Shown: positions 53,401-60,885 of the stretch, one piece after another | Numbering within the stretch: the first letter of the stretch is position 1 | How the letters are laid out: the number at the start of each line of letters is the position of its first letter | Assembly (NCBI GenBank): GCA_951406725.2 | Contig: OX597833.1 | Coordinates: 40,548,001 to 40,612,000, forward strand | DNA from: Octopus vulgaris | Taxonomy: Eukaryota | Reading direction: 5' to 3' | Length of the DNA: 64,000 nucleotides | Program-made: the position numbers and the translations under genes | Notes under the pieces: generated by a model | What the model saw: the letters and a program-made list of their open reading frames with translations, nothing else | Databases searched by the model: none | Told to the model about the DNA's origin: nothing

Positions 53401-54487
53401 TACTGTGAATGAGCAGGAAACAGATGCTCTCAAATGTCCAATCTACTTCAGTCCTTCTAGCTGTAAATATGTCTCATAGAGCAGTAGTGCAATCTCAGTA
53501 AAAGCAACACTAAAATTGACTATTGGTTTGTTAGCTTGACGTGCTAAGTTCAACTTCACTGGTGGTACTATAGCTTGGAGAAGTCTTCCAAAATGATTAG
53601 CTCTTGATATATATTACCAGAAGCAGCAAACTAGTACAACTGTTAGCCTGCTGGATGAAATGCTTAGCAGCATTTTACATGTCTTTATGTTTTGAATTCA
53701 AACTCCACCAGGGTCGACTTTGCCTTTCATCTTATCGGGGTCAATAAAATAAGTACCAGTTGAACACTGGGATTGATGCAATCAACTTACCCACCTCCTC
53801 TGAAATTGCTGGCCTTGTGCCAAAATTTGAAACAAATATATATTTTACCAGAAGCCAATGGTACCCCAGGGATCAGCATAAGTTTAAAAAGTAAAAGTAG
53901 GTGGATCATCTGTTGGTTTGATCATGATTGTTCGAGCTGATTAATTAATTATCTACTTATTTTATTACTGTGTAAGGACAGACAAAGGGATTACATAGAT
54001 ACATGTTCCATTAATGTAATCCTCAGAGAGAATCAATTCATCTAATGGGCTTCCATGCAGTTTCCAACTATCTAATTACTTTACCTCTCTTGAATCACCT
54101 GAAGGTATGAATTCCAACCACATTTTGTGGTTCACTTTCTCAACAACTCTGACATCATCGGGTGGAACCACATCTGGTTTCGGCCCCTACTCCTCTGCTG
54201 TTTTGGATGTTGCGCCCCACCCACCCTTTTGTACAAAATGCCAAACAATGGGATTGAACTTGGGACCTTGTGATAGTGAGATGAACTTCTTAACCACTTG
54301 GCTATGTTACTGATATAATATAAAACAAGAGAAGAGAGAAAACACAGGTTTTTGAATCTTACCTTCATAGGCATTATTTAGTAGTGATTTACCAAGATCA
54401 TTAAACACAAGCTGTTGACTGGAATATCTGGAACCATTAGTAGCTTGTAAAATGCCCTTTTCATCTTCAGAAAAGCCATCATGTGAC
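2994..54487 (-). CDS. KIF28: Kinesin-3 family motor, KIF28/KLP-6-like; 17 internal coding exons, 5' and 3' ends not found in window
   Basis: Hand-spliced GT-AG exons are all phase-compatible (2407 nt, no stops). Motifs: P-loop [27 protein letters not shown], switch I NATSSRAH, switch [35 protein letters not shown], neck AVVNENP, kinesin-3 FHA ([11 protein letters not shown]...[13 protein letters not shown]). [34 protein letters not shown] and DDPFWE blocks fit KIF28/KLP-6 better than KIF1/13/14/16. Confidence 0.88.
4495..4995 (+). mobile_element. Tc1/mariner superfamily (DD37D/maT-like) transposase 3' relic; second copy at about 8713-9038
   Basis: Degenerate FEQNSAP.H...[19 protein letters not shown]...AKGCYIE. 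There are 37 residues between the second and third catalytic positions, and the second copy reads [11 protein letters not shown]. Confidence 0.7.
5360..6543 (+). mobile_element. R4/Dong-like non-LTR retrotransposon, 5'-truncated (restriction-like endonuclease end)
   Basis: [18 protein letters not shown] (CCHC knuckle), [12 protein letters not shown]...[26 protein letters not shown]; followed by a (TAA)n tract. Confidence 0.85.
6615..6908 (-). CDS. KIF28: KIF28-like exon: [27 protein letters not shown]...LLGEPFYFK
   Basis: cag|GAA acceptor, AAG|gtaaa donor, 294 nt. Confidence 0.92.
7538..7970 (+). mobile_element. tRNA-derived SINE family A, full-length; other copies about 3300-3713(-), 11045-11415(-), 22225-22616(+), 31543-31940(+), 32030-32388(-)
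   Basis: A-box TGGCTGTGTGG and B-box-like GGTTCAGTCCC head, CORE-like CCTTGGGCAAG, internal (TA/TG)n, (AAAGAGT)n tail; multi-copy in the window. Confidence 0.85.
8289..8376 (-). CDS. KIF28: KIF28-like exon: [30 protein letters not shown]
   Basis: aag|T acceptor, CAG|gtaag donor, 88 nt. The ORF track shows a different frame here. Confidence 0.9.
9398..9554 (-). CDS. KIF28: KIF28-like exon: [52 protein letters not shown]
   Basis: aag|AC acceptor, GA|gtaag donor, 157 nt; EVNA.S.EL motif. Not in the ORF track. Confidence 0.9.
9896..10042 (-). CDS. KIF28: KIF28-like exon: [11 protein letters not shown]...[26 protein letters not shown]
   Basis: tag|GT acceptor, weak G|gttata donor, 147 nt; phase matches the next exon. 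Confidence 0.87.
11580..11838 (+). mobile_element. tRNA-derived SINE family C with 15-bp target-site duplication
   Basis: TGGCTTAGTAGTTAGG / GTTTCGATTCC boxes; TSD TATTACAGAGATATG at 11565-11579 and 11839-11853. Confidence 0.85.
12643..12785 (-). CDS. KIF28: KIF28-like exon (FHA): [15 protein letters not shown]...[23 protein letters not shown](G)
   Basis: tag|T acceptor, G|gtgcgt donor, 143 nt. Confidence 0.92.
14461..14721 (-). mobile_element. SINE family C, inverted copy with TSD GTTCATATGGA
   Basis: Reverse complement of 11580-11838 over the full length; 11-bp direct repeat on both flanks. Confidence 0.85.
14956..15152 (-). CDS. KIF28: KIF28-like exon (FHA start): LATAQLMD...[22 protein letters not shown]...ICLNGL(S)
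   Basis: cag|CTT acceptor (a second in-frame cag lies 9 nt inside), AG|gtgag donor, 197 nt. Confidence 0.92.
16675..17237 (-). mobile_element. Penelope-like/retrozyme-like non-autonomous unit (426-bp period, about 1.3 copies)
   Basis: 16675-16811 is repeated at 17101-17237 with one substitution; CpG-rich; abuts a (TA)n tract; contains a hammerhead motif. Confidence 0.7.
16866..16943 (-). ncRNA. Type I hammerhead ribozyme motif, intact core
   Basis: Minus strand reads AUGUUUGG-CUGAAGA-AGGU[AAA GCAAAAUAUG GGUGAGAGA CAUAUCUUGC AAA]ACCU-GAA-ACCUGCAGGU-A-CCACAU. Canonical CUGANGA, GAAA and GUA cleavage triplet; all three stems can pair. Confidence 0.8.
17510..17915 (-). mobile_element. Short retroposon with RTE-like 3' tail and (GAT)n end; many copies, e.g. 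1-180, 23826-24345, 27092-27400, 29300-29640, 33546-33866, 51900-52140, 60630-60820
   Basis: Shared GGTTGGCGTTAGGAAGGGCATCCAGC...CCAACCCATGCTAGCATGGAAA.CGGACGTTAAACGATGATG; variable number of internal tandem units. Confidence 0.8.
17968..18065 (-). CDS. KIF28: KIF28-like exon (CC1): [33 protein letters not shown]
   Basis: cag|AT acceptor, AAG|gtaat donor, 98 nt; kinesin-3 TWEEK motif. Confidence 0.9.
18868..19310. mobile_element. TTAA-type (piggyBac-like) MITE with a second TTAA MITE nested at 18924-19142
   Basis: CCCTTT...AAAGGG termini; inner element bounded by TTAA on both sides. Free copies: outer at 52203-52422, inner at 29851-30061 and 54629-55241. Confidence 0.8.
19677..20120 (+). 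mobile_element. Gypsy-like LTR retrotransposon stub: LTR, PBS and gag start
   Basis: TGTT...AACA LTR (19677 to about 19943), PBS-like TGGCGA/TGGTGATGAGGA, then ATG at 20029 giving [30 protein letters not shown]. Confidence 0.6.
20184..20229 (-). ncRNA. Minimal (Penelope-type) hammerhead motif, stem III decayed
   Basis: GACAC-CUGAAGA-A-GGCUG(GAAGGUAUAU)CAGCC-GAAAC-AUU-GUGUC; a more degenerate inverted copy lies at 20633-20678(+). Confidence 0.65.
20943..21000 (-). CDS. KIF28: KIF28-like exon (neck coil): [19 protein letters not shown]
   Basis: cag|GAA acceptor, G|gtaaa donor, 58 nt; continues LIRELKEENERLK. Confidence 0.88.
22623..22773 (-). CDS. KIF28: KIF28-like exon (motor end and neck): [51 protein letters not shown]
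   Basis: cag|T acceptor, AAG|gtatg donor, 151 nt. Confidence 0.95.
23462..23559 (-). CDS. KIF28: KIF28-like exon: [32 protein letters not shown](S)
   Basis: cag|GCT acceptor, AG|gtaat donor, 98 nt; short lysine-rich loop 12 and microtubule-binding PYRES motif. Confidence 0.95.
25332..25429 (-). CDS. KIF28: KIF28-like exon: [33 protein letters not shown]
   Basis: cag|GT acceptor, TCA|gtaag donor, 98 nt. Confidence 0.95.
26508..26903 (+). mobile_element. Non-autonomous Helitron
   Basis: A|TC start, subterminal hairpin CCCGAGCAACACCGGG, CTAG|T end, no TSD. Confidence 0.85.
28075..29043 (+). mobile_element. Three head-to-tail 5'-truncated copies of one retroposon separated by (TAA)n
   Basis: Common 3' end TCACTTTGATGGCATG.AC.GCTC.CTCACTC-(AAT)n at about 28108, 28698 and 29043. 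Confidence 0.75.
31138..31418. repeat. Tandem duplication, 141-bp period
   Basis: Two near-identical copies beginning AGTGAGTGAGAGAGGAAGAAAAG. Confidence 0.9.
32506..32838 (+). mobile_element. Second R4/Dong-like element, extreme 3' stub
   Basis: [44 protein letters not shown] (32506-32640) plus 3' UTR; flanked by (TAA)n on both sides. Confidence 0.8.
33916..34627 (+). mobile_element. Mariner transposase 5' relic (HTH), interrupted by the Helitron; another relic at about 50690-50800
   Basis: After removing 34144-34537 it reads [11 protein letters not shown]|[30 protein letters not shown]; the second relic reads [22 protein letters not shown]. Confidence 0.7.
34144..34537 (-). mobile_element. 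Non-autonomous Helitron, same family as 26508-26903, inserted in a mariner relic
   Basis: Reverse complement of 26508-26903; on the minus strand A|TC...hairpin...CTAA|T. Confidence 0.85.
34669..34821 (-). CDS. KIF28: KIF28-like exon (switch I/II): [20 protein letters not shown]...INLVDLA(G)
   Basis: tag|GT acceptor, G|gtatg donor, 153 nt. Confidence 0.95.
36477..38402 (-). mobile_element. Probable larger Helitron-type element (about 1.9 kb, mosaic, contains a SINE)
   Basis: Minus strand starts A|TCCGTATATATGTAAGG and ends with hairpin ATCCCAAGCAAAGCCGGGAT then CTGGTAG|T; sits inside a CAGTAATCCCTC-type MITE that begins at about 36171. Confidence 0.5.
42942..43128 (-). CDS. KIF28: KIF28-like exon: [20 protein letters not shown]...EIQKRMEQ(G)
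   Basis: tag|AGG acceptor, G|gtaag donor, 187 nt; EIYNE motif. Confidence 0.95.
43740..43806 (-). CDS. KIF28: KIF28-like exon: [22 protein letters not shown]
   Basis: tag|A acceptor, TTG|gtgag donor, 67 nt; kinesin GIVP..C..LF motif; phases match both neighbours. Confidence 0.9.
45310..47752 (+). mobile_element. CR1-clade LINE, 5'-truncated ORF2 (778-codon open frame 45324-47660)
   Basis: APE C-terminus LDLVLTN...SDH, RT motifs [54 protein letters not shown]; short-repeat tail ATCTAAGTTATCTAAGTT. Confidence 0.93.
47830..48880 (-). mobile_element. Penelope-like element RT relic with terminal repeat
   Basis: Minus-strand fragments FDITMGS and [43 protein letters not shown]...[10 protein letters not shown] resemble the Penelope/Neptune RT thumb region; inverted end piece at about 48770-48830. 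Confidence 0.7.
47853..47989 (-). ncRNA. Hammerhead motif with U3-A8 covariation and long loop II
   Basis: AGCU-UUGAUAA-GGAUAU[about 98 nt]GUAUCU-GAA-ACGUGCGU-A-AGCU; lies directly downstream of a Penelope RT relic. Confidence 0.55.
49088..49480. repeat. Compound (ACC)n/(ACT)n/(GCT)n microsatellite
   Basis: Direct reading. Confidence 0.95.
49726..49804 (-). CDS. KIF28: KIF28-like exon (P-loop): [26 protein letters not shown](K)
   Basis: cag|GT acceptor, AA|gtgag donor, 79 nt; Walker A motif. Confidence 0.95.
49945..50272. repeat. Degenerate 24-bp minisatellite (GTAAAAGCACCC...GTGCCAC)
   Basis: About 13 diverged units; upstream part of an RTE-tail retroposon copy. Confidence 0.8.
51048..51451. 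repeat. Minisatellite built from 41-bp and 14-bp subunits of a family B SINE
   Basis: AGTACAAATAGTACCAAGTTCAACTTTGTCTTTCTTATTTT repeated, with optional AGTCTTTCTTATTTT. Confidence 0.9.
52820..53330 (+). mobile_element. tRNA-derived SINE family D (about 500 bp)
   Basis: GGAGGCGCAATGGCCCAATGGTTAAGG...GGTTTTGATTCCC tRNA-like head; a partial related body occurs at the window end (about 63880-64000). Confidence 0.7.
54363..54487 (-). CDS. KIF28: KIF28-like exon (motor N-term): (W)[41 protein letters not shown](G)
   Basis: tag|G acceptor, G|gtaag donor, 125 nt. Not in the ORF track; read from the reverse complement. Confidence 0.9.
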
Positions 54488-54655
54488 CTACATTGAACAA
54501 AACATTGACTGATTATTTTTTTAGCAGTGGTTTATTGTTAGAACTGAATCAAGTATTCTGAATATCATTACTAGATTGAAGAGGAAATAATCTTATTACA
54601 CACACACACACACACACAAATTCCTTAACCCTTTAGCATTCAAAGCAGCGGGTCT

Positions 54656-55078
54656 GGATCTTTTCCGTTTGAACAGCAGTTTTTAACATAATTTCTAGGT
54701 AACTAAAAAATTTTAAACTTCGTATACTGGTAGAATGTGTTTATAAAACATCTTTTTCTCTTGGCTTTATTGAGAAAATTCTATAGTTTGTAAGATATTT
54801 GTAGTTTTTTTTTCTTCAATTTCTGCAATTTCAATCAATCACTGACGTCTATTGAGGTAAAAAACATTCTGTGCCGTATGAATATGTCCCTCGTTTAAGA
54901 AACAGATTGGGTTTATTTACATTTGTGAAGAAAATAAGATACCCTTCCCCCACCCCTAACCCTAACCCTAACCCTAAAACAGATTGAAATGCAATAGATC
55001 GATACTAGGGTCATAATTATGGGTGACAATTTCATATGACACCGCTAGAAAAAACTGCCGTTCAAACCGAAAAGATCC
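54656..55078. mobile_element. TIR element (GGATCTTTTC... termini) with internal (CCCTAA)4, nested in a TTAA MITE (54629-55241)
   Basis: GGATCTTTTCCGTTTGAACAGCAGTTTTT versus AAAAACTGCCGTTCAAACCGAAAAGATCC; CCCTAA repeats at 54954-54977. Confidence 0.75.
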
Positions 55079-55511
55079 ACTGGTCTAAATATTCTACATG
55101 TTTTATGTTCAAACTGGTCCTTCTAGAATTAAGCAATAACACCACAAAAATCTCAAAGCTACAAGATAATGCATGACAAATTCAAAAACAATATGAATAA
55201 ATAGGCATTACAATTGACAGAATAATCCGAATGCTAAAAGGTTAAGTCTGCGAACTGGCAAAATTGTAAGCTTGCTGGGCAAAATGCTTAGCAGCATCTC
55301 ATCCATCTTTATGTTCTGAGTTTAAATTCTGCTGAGGTCTACTCTGCCTTTTGTCCTTTCAGGGTCAATAAAATAAATACCAGTTGAGCACTGGGGCTGA
55401 TGTAATTGATTTAACCCCCTTCTCCAAACTTGCTGGCCTTGTACCAAAATTTGAAGCCATTATTTATATATATATATATATATATATTCTTTAAGTTTCA
55501 ATGACAATATA

Positions 55512-57930
55512 CAGGGCTGGCCAAAAGTCACCTGACAGTAAATCAAAACCATTTAATACTAAAATTTATTCATGTTTAACAACTGAATGAATTTGATAAA
55601 ACCATCTAAATATGAAACATCATCAAAATTGTTCAAACTGAAGTCCTTCTTGAGTGACATGTTAGTTAGTTAGTTAGTTAATTTGGCTCAAAAGCAAATA
55701 GCAAGGCCATGTAGGGGGACATGGAGTTAAGTACAGGGTGGTGTTCATGTAAAGAGTTCAGGCCACTTGAGGTCCATGGAGGCTTTGAACAAAGCGGTCG
55801 TCGGCATCTTCACCATCTCGTCTGGCAGCTTGTTCCACGGATCCGCAACCCGGACGGAGAAAGCTCCTCTCCTTCGATTGAGATGAAATCGTCGCAGGTA
55901 GAGCTTTTCGGAATGACCCCTCAGCCGACGCTCTGGAGCAGGAGTGAAGAACAGCTCTTTCGAGAGGTTACACTTTCCGCTTATGATGTGGGCGAGAATG
56001 AGATCACCACGGCGGTGGCGTTTTTCAAGAGAATAAAGGTTGAGCATCCTCAGCCTTTCTTTGTAGGACAAATTTTTGAGACCATGAACCATGCGGGTAG
56101 CCAGCTTCTGGACTCTTTCGAGATGCTGTATGTCTTTGAGGAGATAAGGAGAAGAGGCTTGAATCCCATACTCCAATATGGGTCTCACCAGCGTGACATA
56201 GAGTGGTAGGAATATGGCTGCTGTGAACATTCCGAATGACCGTCGAATCAAGAACAGAATTCCGCGTGCTTTGTTGGCAGCATGGAAGCACTGGGCCGAA
56301 GGCGAAAAGGAGGAATCTACCAAGATACCCAGGTCCTTTACCTGATCGGTCCTCTCCAGCAGCAGACGACCCGGCTCGAAATCAAGTTGAGTTGCAGGAG
56401 TAGAGCCGACAGGCAGATGACAGCACTTTGACACGTTCAGACACAGGTCCCAATCGTTAGACCACTTCCAAATTTGGTGGAGGCATCGACGAAGATCCTC
56501 TATATTACCGCGAGGAGCGACCAGTTTGATATCGTCGGCAAATAGAAGGGTGTGTTGTGTGAGGTCGTCGGGCAAGTCATTTATGAAGACTAAGAACAAC
56601 AAGGGCCCAAGCACTGAACCTTGAGGCACGCCACTGCTCGCACTGGAGATGTCGGACAGCGAACCATTAACTTGGACTTGGAAAGAGCGATCTGAGAGGA
56701 AGGCACCAACCCATCGTACAATATCCGGATGGAAACTATATGCTTGAAGCTTGACAAGTAATAGGCGGTGGTTTACCGACTCAAAAGCTTTGGCAAAGTC
56801 CAATAAAACGATGTCAACAGCATCACTATCATTGAGGATGCGCGTCACCAATTCTTCCATTACTAGTAAGTTGGTCAAGCATGATCTCTTCGGCACAAAG
56901 CCGTGTTGGGAATCAGAGATAGAGGCTGTGTTTAGGAGGTGGAGCATCATACTTTTCTTAAGGATGGTTTCGAACATCTTGCTGATTATTGATGTAAGGG
57001 AAACCGGTCGGTAGTTAAGCGGGTCTTCGCGGCTCCCTTTCTTGAAAATTGGGCAGATTATCGCTGTTCTCCAGTCTGCAGGTATAACACCCTTCGCCAA
57101 TGACATATTGAATAGTCGTGTTAAGGGCTCGCAGATGACCGGAGCCAATGCTTTGATAACCCGTGGGTGTATGCCATCAGGGTTGTGACCCTTGTTGACA
57201 TCGAGGCCTTGAATAACACGTTTGACTTCGTCCCGCGTGATGACCAATCGAAGCATTGGAGGTACCGATCTATCAAATGGAAGGGGTTCACGACCATCAT
57301 CTTGTTTGAAAATAGTTGAAAAAGCCTCAGCAAATAATTGACTCTGTTGATAAGGGTCCTCAATCGATACGCCTGTTGAGTCTACCAACGTTGCAATCTG
57401 GTTGTTCAAGCGGGAATTCCGATGGACATGGGCAAAGAAGGTTTTTGGATTGCTACTGGCATTTGCCGCAATTTTGTATTCATAACTGAAGCGTTCTTTC
57501 TTTTCAATTTTCACGGCTCAGTCTCGTTGAGTTTTGTACACCTCAAAGGCTGCAGTCGAATCCAGATTTTTTGAATTCAGCCCAAGCAATATCTCTGAGT
57601 CGACGTTCTCATTTAACCTTCTTCGTCACCCAGGGCTTGTGTTTCTTCCTCTTGGGAAGCCCAACGGGAACTGCCTGGTCAGTCAAACAGATTACATATG
57701 CTTTGAGGGATGACCATAGTTCGTCAACTGAGGACAATGTCATCAGGGATCGCCAGTCCAGAAGCGCAGAAGCCTCGGTTAGAATTTCAAGATTAATTGC
57801 AGAGAAGACTCTATGTGGCAGCGAAGTAGTCGTGGGCGTAGAAAAAGTTTTTCCATTCGAGTCAATACAAAATTACAGATAGTATTTATGAAATTTTGAT
57901 TTACTGACAGGTGACTTCTGGCCAACCTTG
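55512..57930. mobile_element. Tc1/mariner-type MITE (about 37-bp TIRs, TA TSD) enclosing the CR1 LINE
   Basis: TA|CAGGGCTGGCCAAAAGTCACCTGACAGTAAATCAAAA versus TTTTGATTTACTGACAGGTGACTTCTGGCCAACCTTG|TA. Confidence 0.8.
55661..57845 (-). mobile_element. CR1-clade LINE, 5'-truncated ORF2 (589-codon open frame 55745-57514, disrupted upstream)
   Basis: PDGIHPRV, NYRPVSLTS, QHGFV, DFAKAF, GVPQGSVLGPLLFLVFIND, FADD, RPILEYG, WNKLP; (TAAC)n tail at 55661-55680. Confidence 0.93.
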
Positions 57931-58201
57931 TATAGTAAATATCTTTCAGAATTTAGTTTAATGTTTTTATATTCCAAGTTCAAATCTTTCTGTAGTCAAT
58001 TTTATCGTTTGCTGCTCTCACAAATTCAGCATTAAAGACTTCTATGCTGTTACTAATGTATCAGAGTTTCTAACTTCAAAATTAGTTGAAGAATAAGGTA
58101 ATAAATTTTTTTGAACTTATTGACCTTGTCTATTAACTTGCATATCTCCAATTTTTAGAATAACTACACCAAATCCTTGCATGTTGTAAGAGGTGGCTAA
58201 A

Positions 58202-58430
58202 AGGTGAGCTGGCAGAAACGTTAGCACACCGGGTCAAATGCTTAGTGGTATTTTCTCTGTCTTTACGTTCTGAGTTCAAATTCCACCGAGGTCGACTTTG
58301 CCTTTCATCCTTTTGGGATCGATAAATTAAGTACCAGTTATGCACTGGGGTCGATATAATCGACTTAATCCCTTTGTATGTCCTTGTTTGTCCCCTCTAT
58401 GTTTAGCCTCTTGTGGGCAATAAAGAAAAA
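58202..58430 (+). mobile_element. tRNA-derived SINE family B with Nin/Deu-like domain; many copies, e.g. 10261-10487(-), 18225-18815(-), 37686-37918(-)
   Basis: GGCGAGCTGGCAGAA...GAGTTCAAATTCC head and conserved GCCTTTCATCCTTTCGGGGTCGATAAA.TAAGTACCAG block. Confidence 0.8.
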
Positions 58431-59537
58431 AAAAAGAAGTGGCTAAAAGTGTTGGTGATAGAAAGGACATCCAATCATAAAACACTGCCTCAGAAAACCT
58501 GTTCAAACTCTACCACCTTGGGAAAGTGGACATAAAAACAACAATGATGACTGCCACCACCACCAGCACCACCAGCACCACCACCACCATCGCCACCACA
58601 GCTGTCACAACCACCACCATCGCTGCCACTGCTGTCACAACCACCACCACCGTCACCACCACAACCTCTACTGACAACAGTGATGATCCTCGTGATGAAA
58701 GGTTTATTATTCAGTATTTACATTTACGTGTTTCAATTAAATTTATCTCTGATCTTCATTAGGTTATCTTATTTCTGAATGTTTGCCGTCTCAAAAATGG
58801 ATTTGAATTAGGAACGTATATCAACAAATTTAGGAATAAGTCACATCTTCATGTTTGAGAATCAAACAGATCAAAACATAATGTACATATAAATACTAGG
58901 GAAAAGAAAATAATGGTCCAAAATCAATGATCTTATTAACAATAACAACTCATCTCAAATATTTAGACATCTACTTAACCAGTTGTGGGATATCCATCAA
59001 TATTGATAAACTGCAACTGGAGATAGCTGGATGATGACCCAACCAAAATGCTATGTTGGCAGAAACTCAAAAGCATCAGGTTATTAACTTGAAATATTGG
59101 TTTCAAATGTTTGTACAAGGCCAGCAATTTCATTGCTAAATCGATTACATCACCCTCAGTGCTAAACTGGTACTTATTATTTTGACCCCCGAAAAGATGA
59201 AAGGTGAAGTCGACCCCAGTGGAATTTGAAATTAAAACCTTAATATTGATGAAATATAGACAAGTATTTTGCCCAGCATTCTAACAATTCTACCAGCTTG
59301 TCACCTTGGAAATTTAAAATATTACTGTGACAGGTATTATTGATGTTAAACCAAACAGATAAATATTTTAGCTCTTATCATCTCAAATATTTTAGGGCAG
59401 AGAGTAGACAGAATCACCAGCAAACAGGGCAAACAGGCTAAGTAGTATTTTATCTGTCTTTATGTTCTGTTGAAATTCCACTAAGACTGGCCACAATCAA
59501 ATGATTGAAGCAAGTAAAAGAATAAAGGAATAAAAGA

Positions 59538-59720
59538 ATATTGAGAAAAAGGAGGCAGTCAGAATTTTGGATAATCCTTTATTAGCGCTTTCATTCATTT
59601 ACAAACTCATCAAGATGAATCAAAATGACAGATCTGATTTTGTCTTGATGAGTTCGTAAACGAACGAAAGAGCCAATAAAGGATTATCCAAAATTCTGAC
59701 TGCCTCCTTTTTCTCAATAT
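59538..59720. repeat. Long hairpin (about 85-bp arms, short loop)
   Basis: ATATTGAGAAAAAGGAGGCAGTCAGAATTTTGGATAATCCTTTATT... pairs with ...AATAAAGGATTATCCAAAATTCTGACTGCCTCCTTTTTCTCAATAT. Confidence 0.92.
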
Positions 59721-59749
59721 ACAATATCTGTATACCACTTCAAATATAT

Positions 59750-59799
<50 letters not shown>

Positions 59800-60819
59800 T
59801 GCACACATATATCATCATCATCATTGTTTAATGTCCACTTTCCATGCTGGCATGGGTTGGACGGTTTGATAGGAGCTGGCCAAGCAGAAAAATATCTTAG
59901 ACTTCTATGTCTGTTTTGCCATGGTTTTTACAGATGGATGCCCTTCCAAATGCCAATCACTTTACAGTGTGGATTGGATGCTTTTTATGTGCACCAGCAC
60001 TAGAAGGGTCACCAAGTAACTTGTAAGACAAAGATCTTTTGACAAGAGAAAGACAATTAGAGGAGGTGATCTTTCTTTGTTTTTATGTTCAGTTATAATG
60101 CTTTCTACTATAGGCACAAGGCCTGGAATTTGGGGGATAAAGGTAAGTTGATTACATCAATAACCTGTGAATAACTGGTACTTATTTTTACCAAACTCAA
60201 AAGGATGAAAGGCAAAGTTGACCTTGGCGTAATATGGACACAGAATGTAAAGACACATCAAATGCTGCTAAGCATTTTACCCAGGACATAAATGAGTCAA
60301 CCAGGTCGCCAAAAGCAATTTTACATTAATGATGGGTTACTCTTTACTTTGGAAGAGTACAAATTTATTATTCTTTTACAAGAATGTTATTGAGAGGGAC
60401 TTCGAAGTTTCAGCCAATTAAGCCTTCATCATCATATATATATATGTATATCCATCCATTCATCTATCCATTCATTCATCCATCCATCCATCCATCCATC
60501 TCGCTCTCTTTCTCTCTCTCTCTCTATATATATATATTATTAATAGTTAGGGAATATAATAACTCCAAGCCAACATGGAAAAAATTCAATTTAGCACACT
60601 AAATCAAAAATTCACAATGTATCATATCATCATCATCATCATCATCATCGTTTAGCGTCCGTTTTCCATGCTAGCATGGGTTGGACGGGTCAACTGGGGT
60701 CTGTGAAGCTGGAAGGCTTCGTCAGGCCCAGTCAGATCTGGCAGTGTTTCTACGGCTGGATGCCCTTCCTAACGCCAACCACTCCGCGAGTGCAGTGGGT
60801 GTTTTTTACGTGCCACCTG

Positions 60820-60880
<61 letters not shown>

Positions 60881-60885
<5 letters not shown>

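Noticed and set aside
54954-54977. Telomere or chromosome-fusion scar
   Set aside because: Only four CCCTAA units, inside a TIR element.
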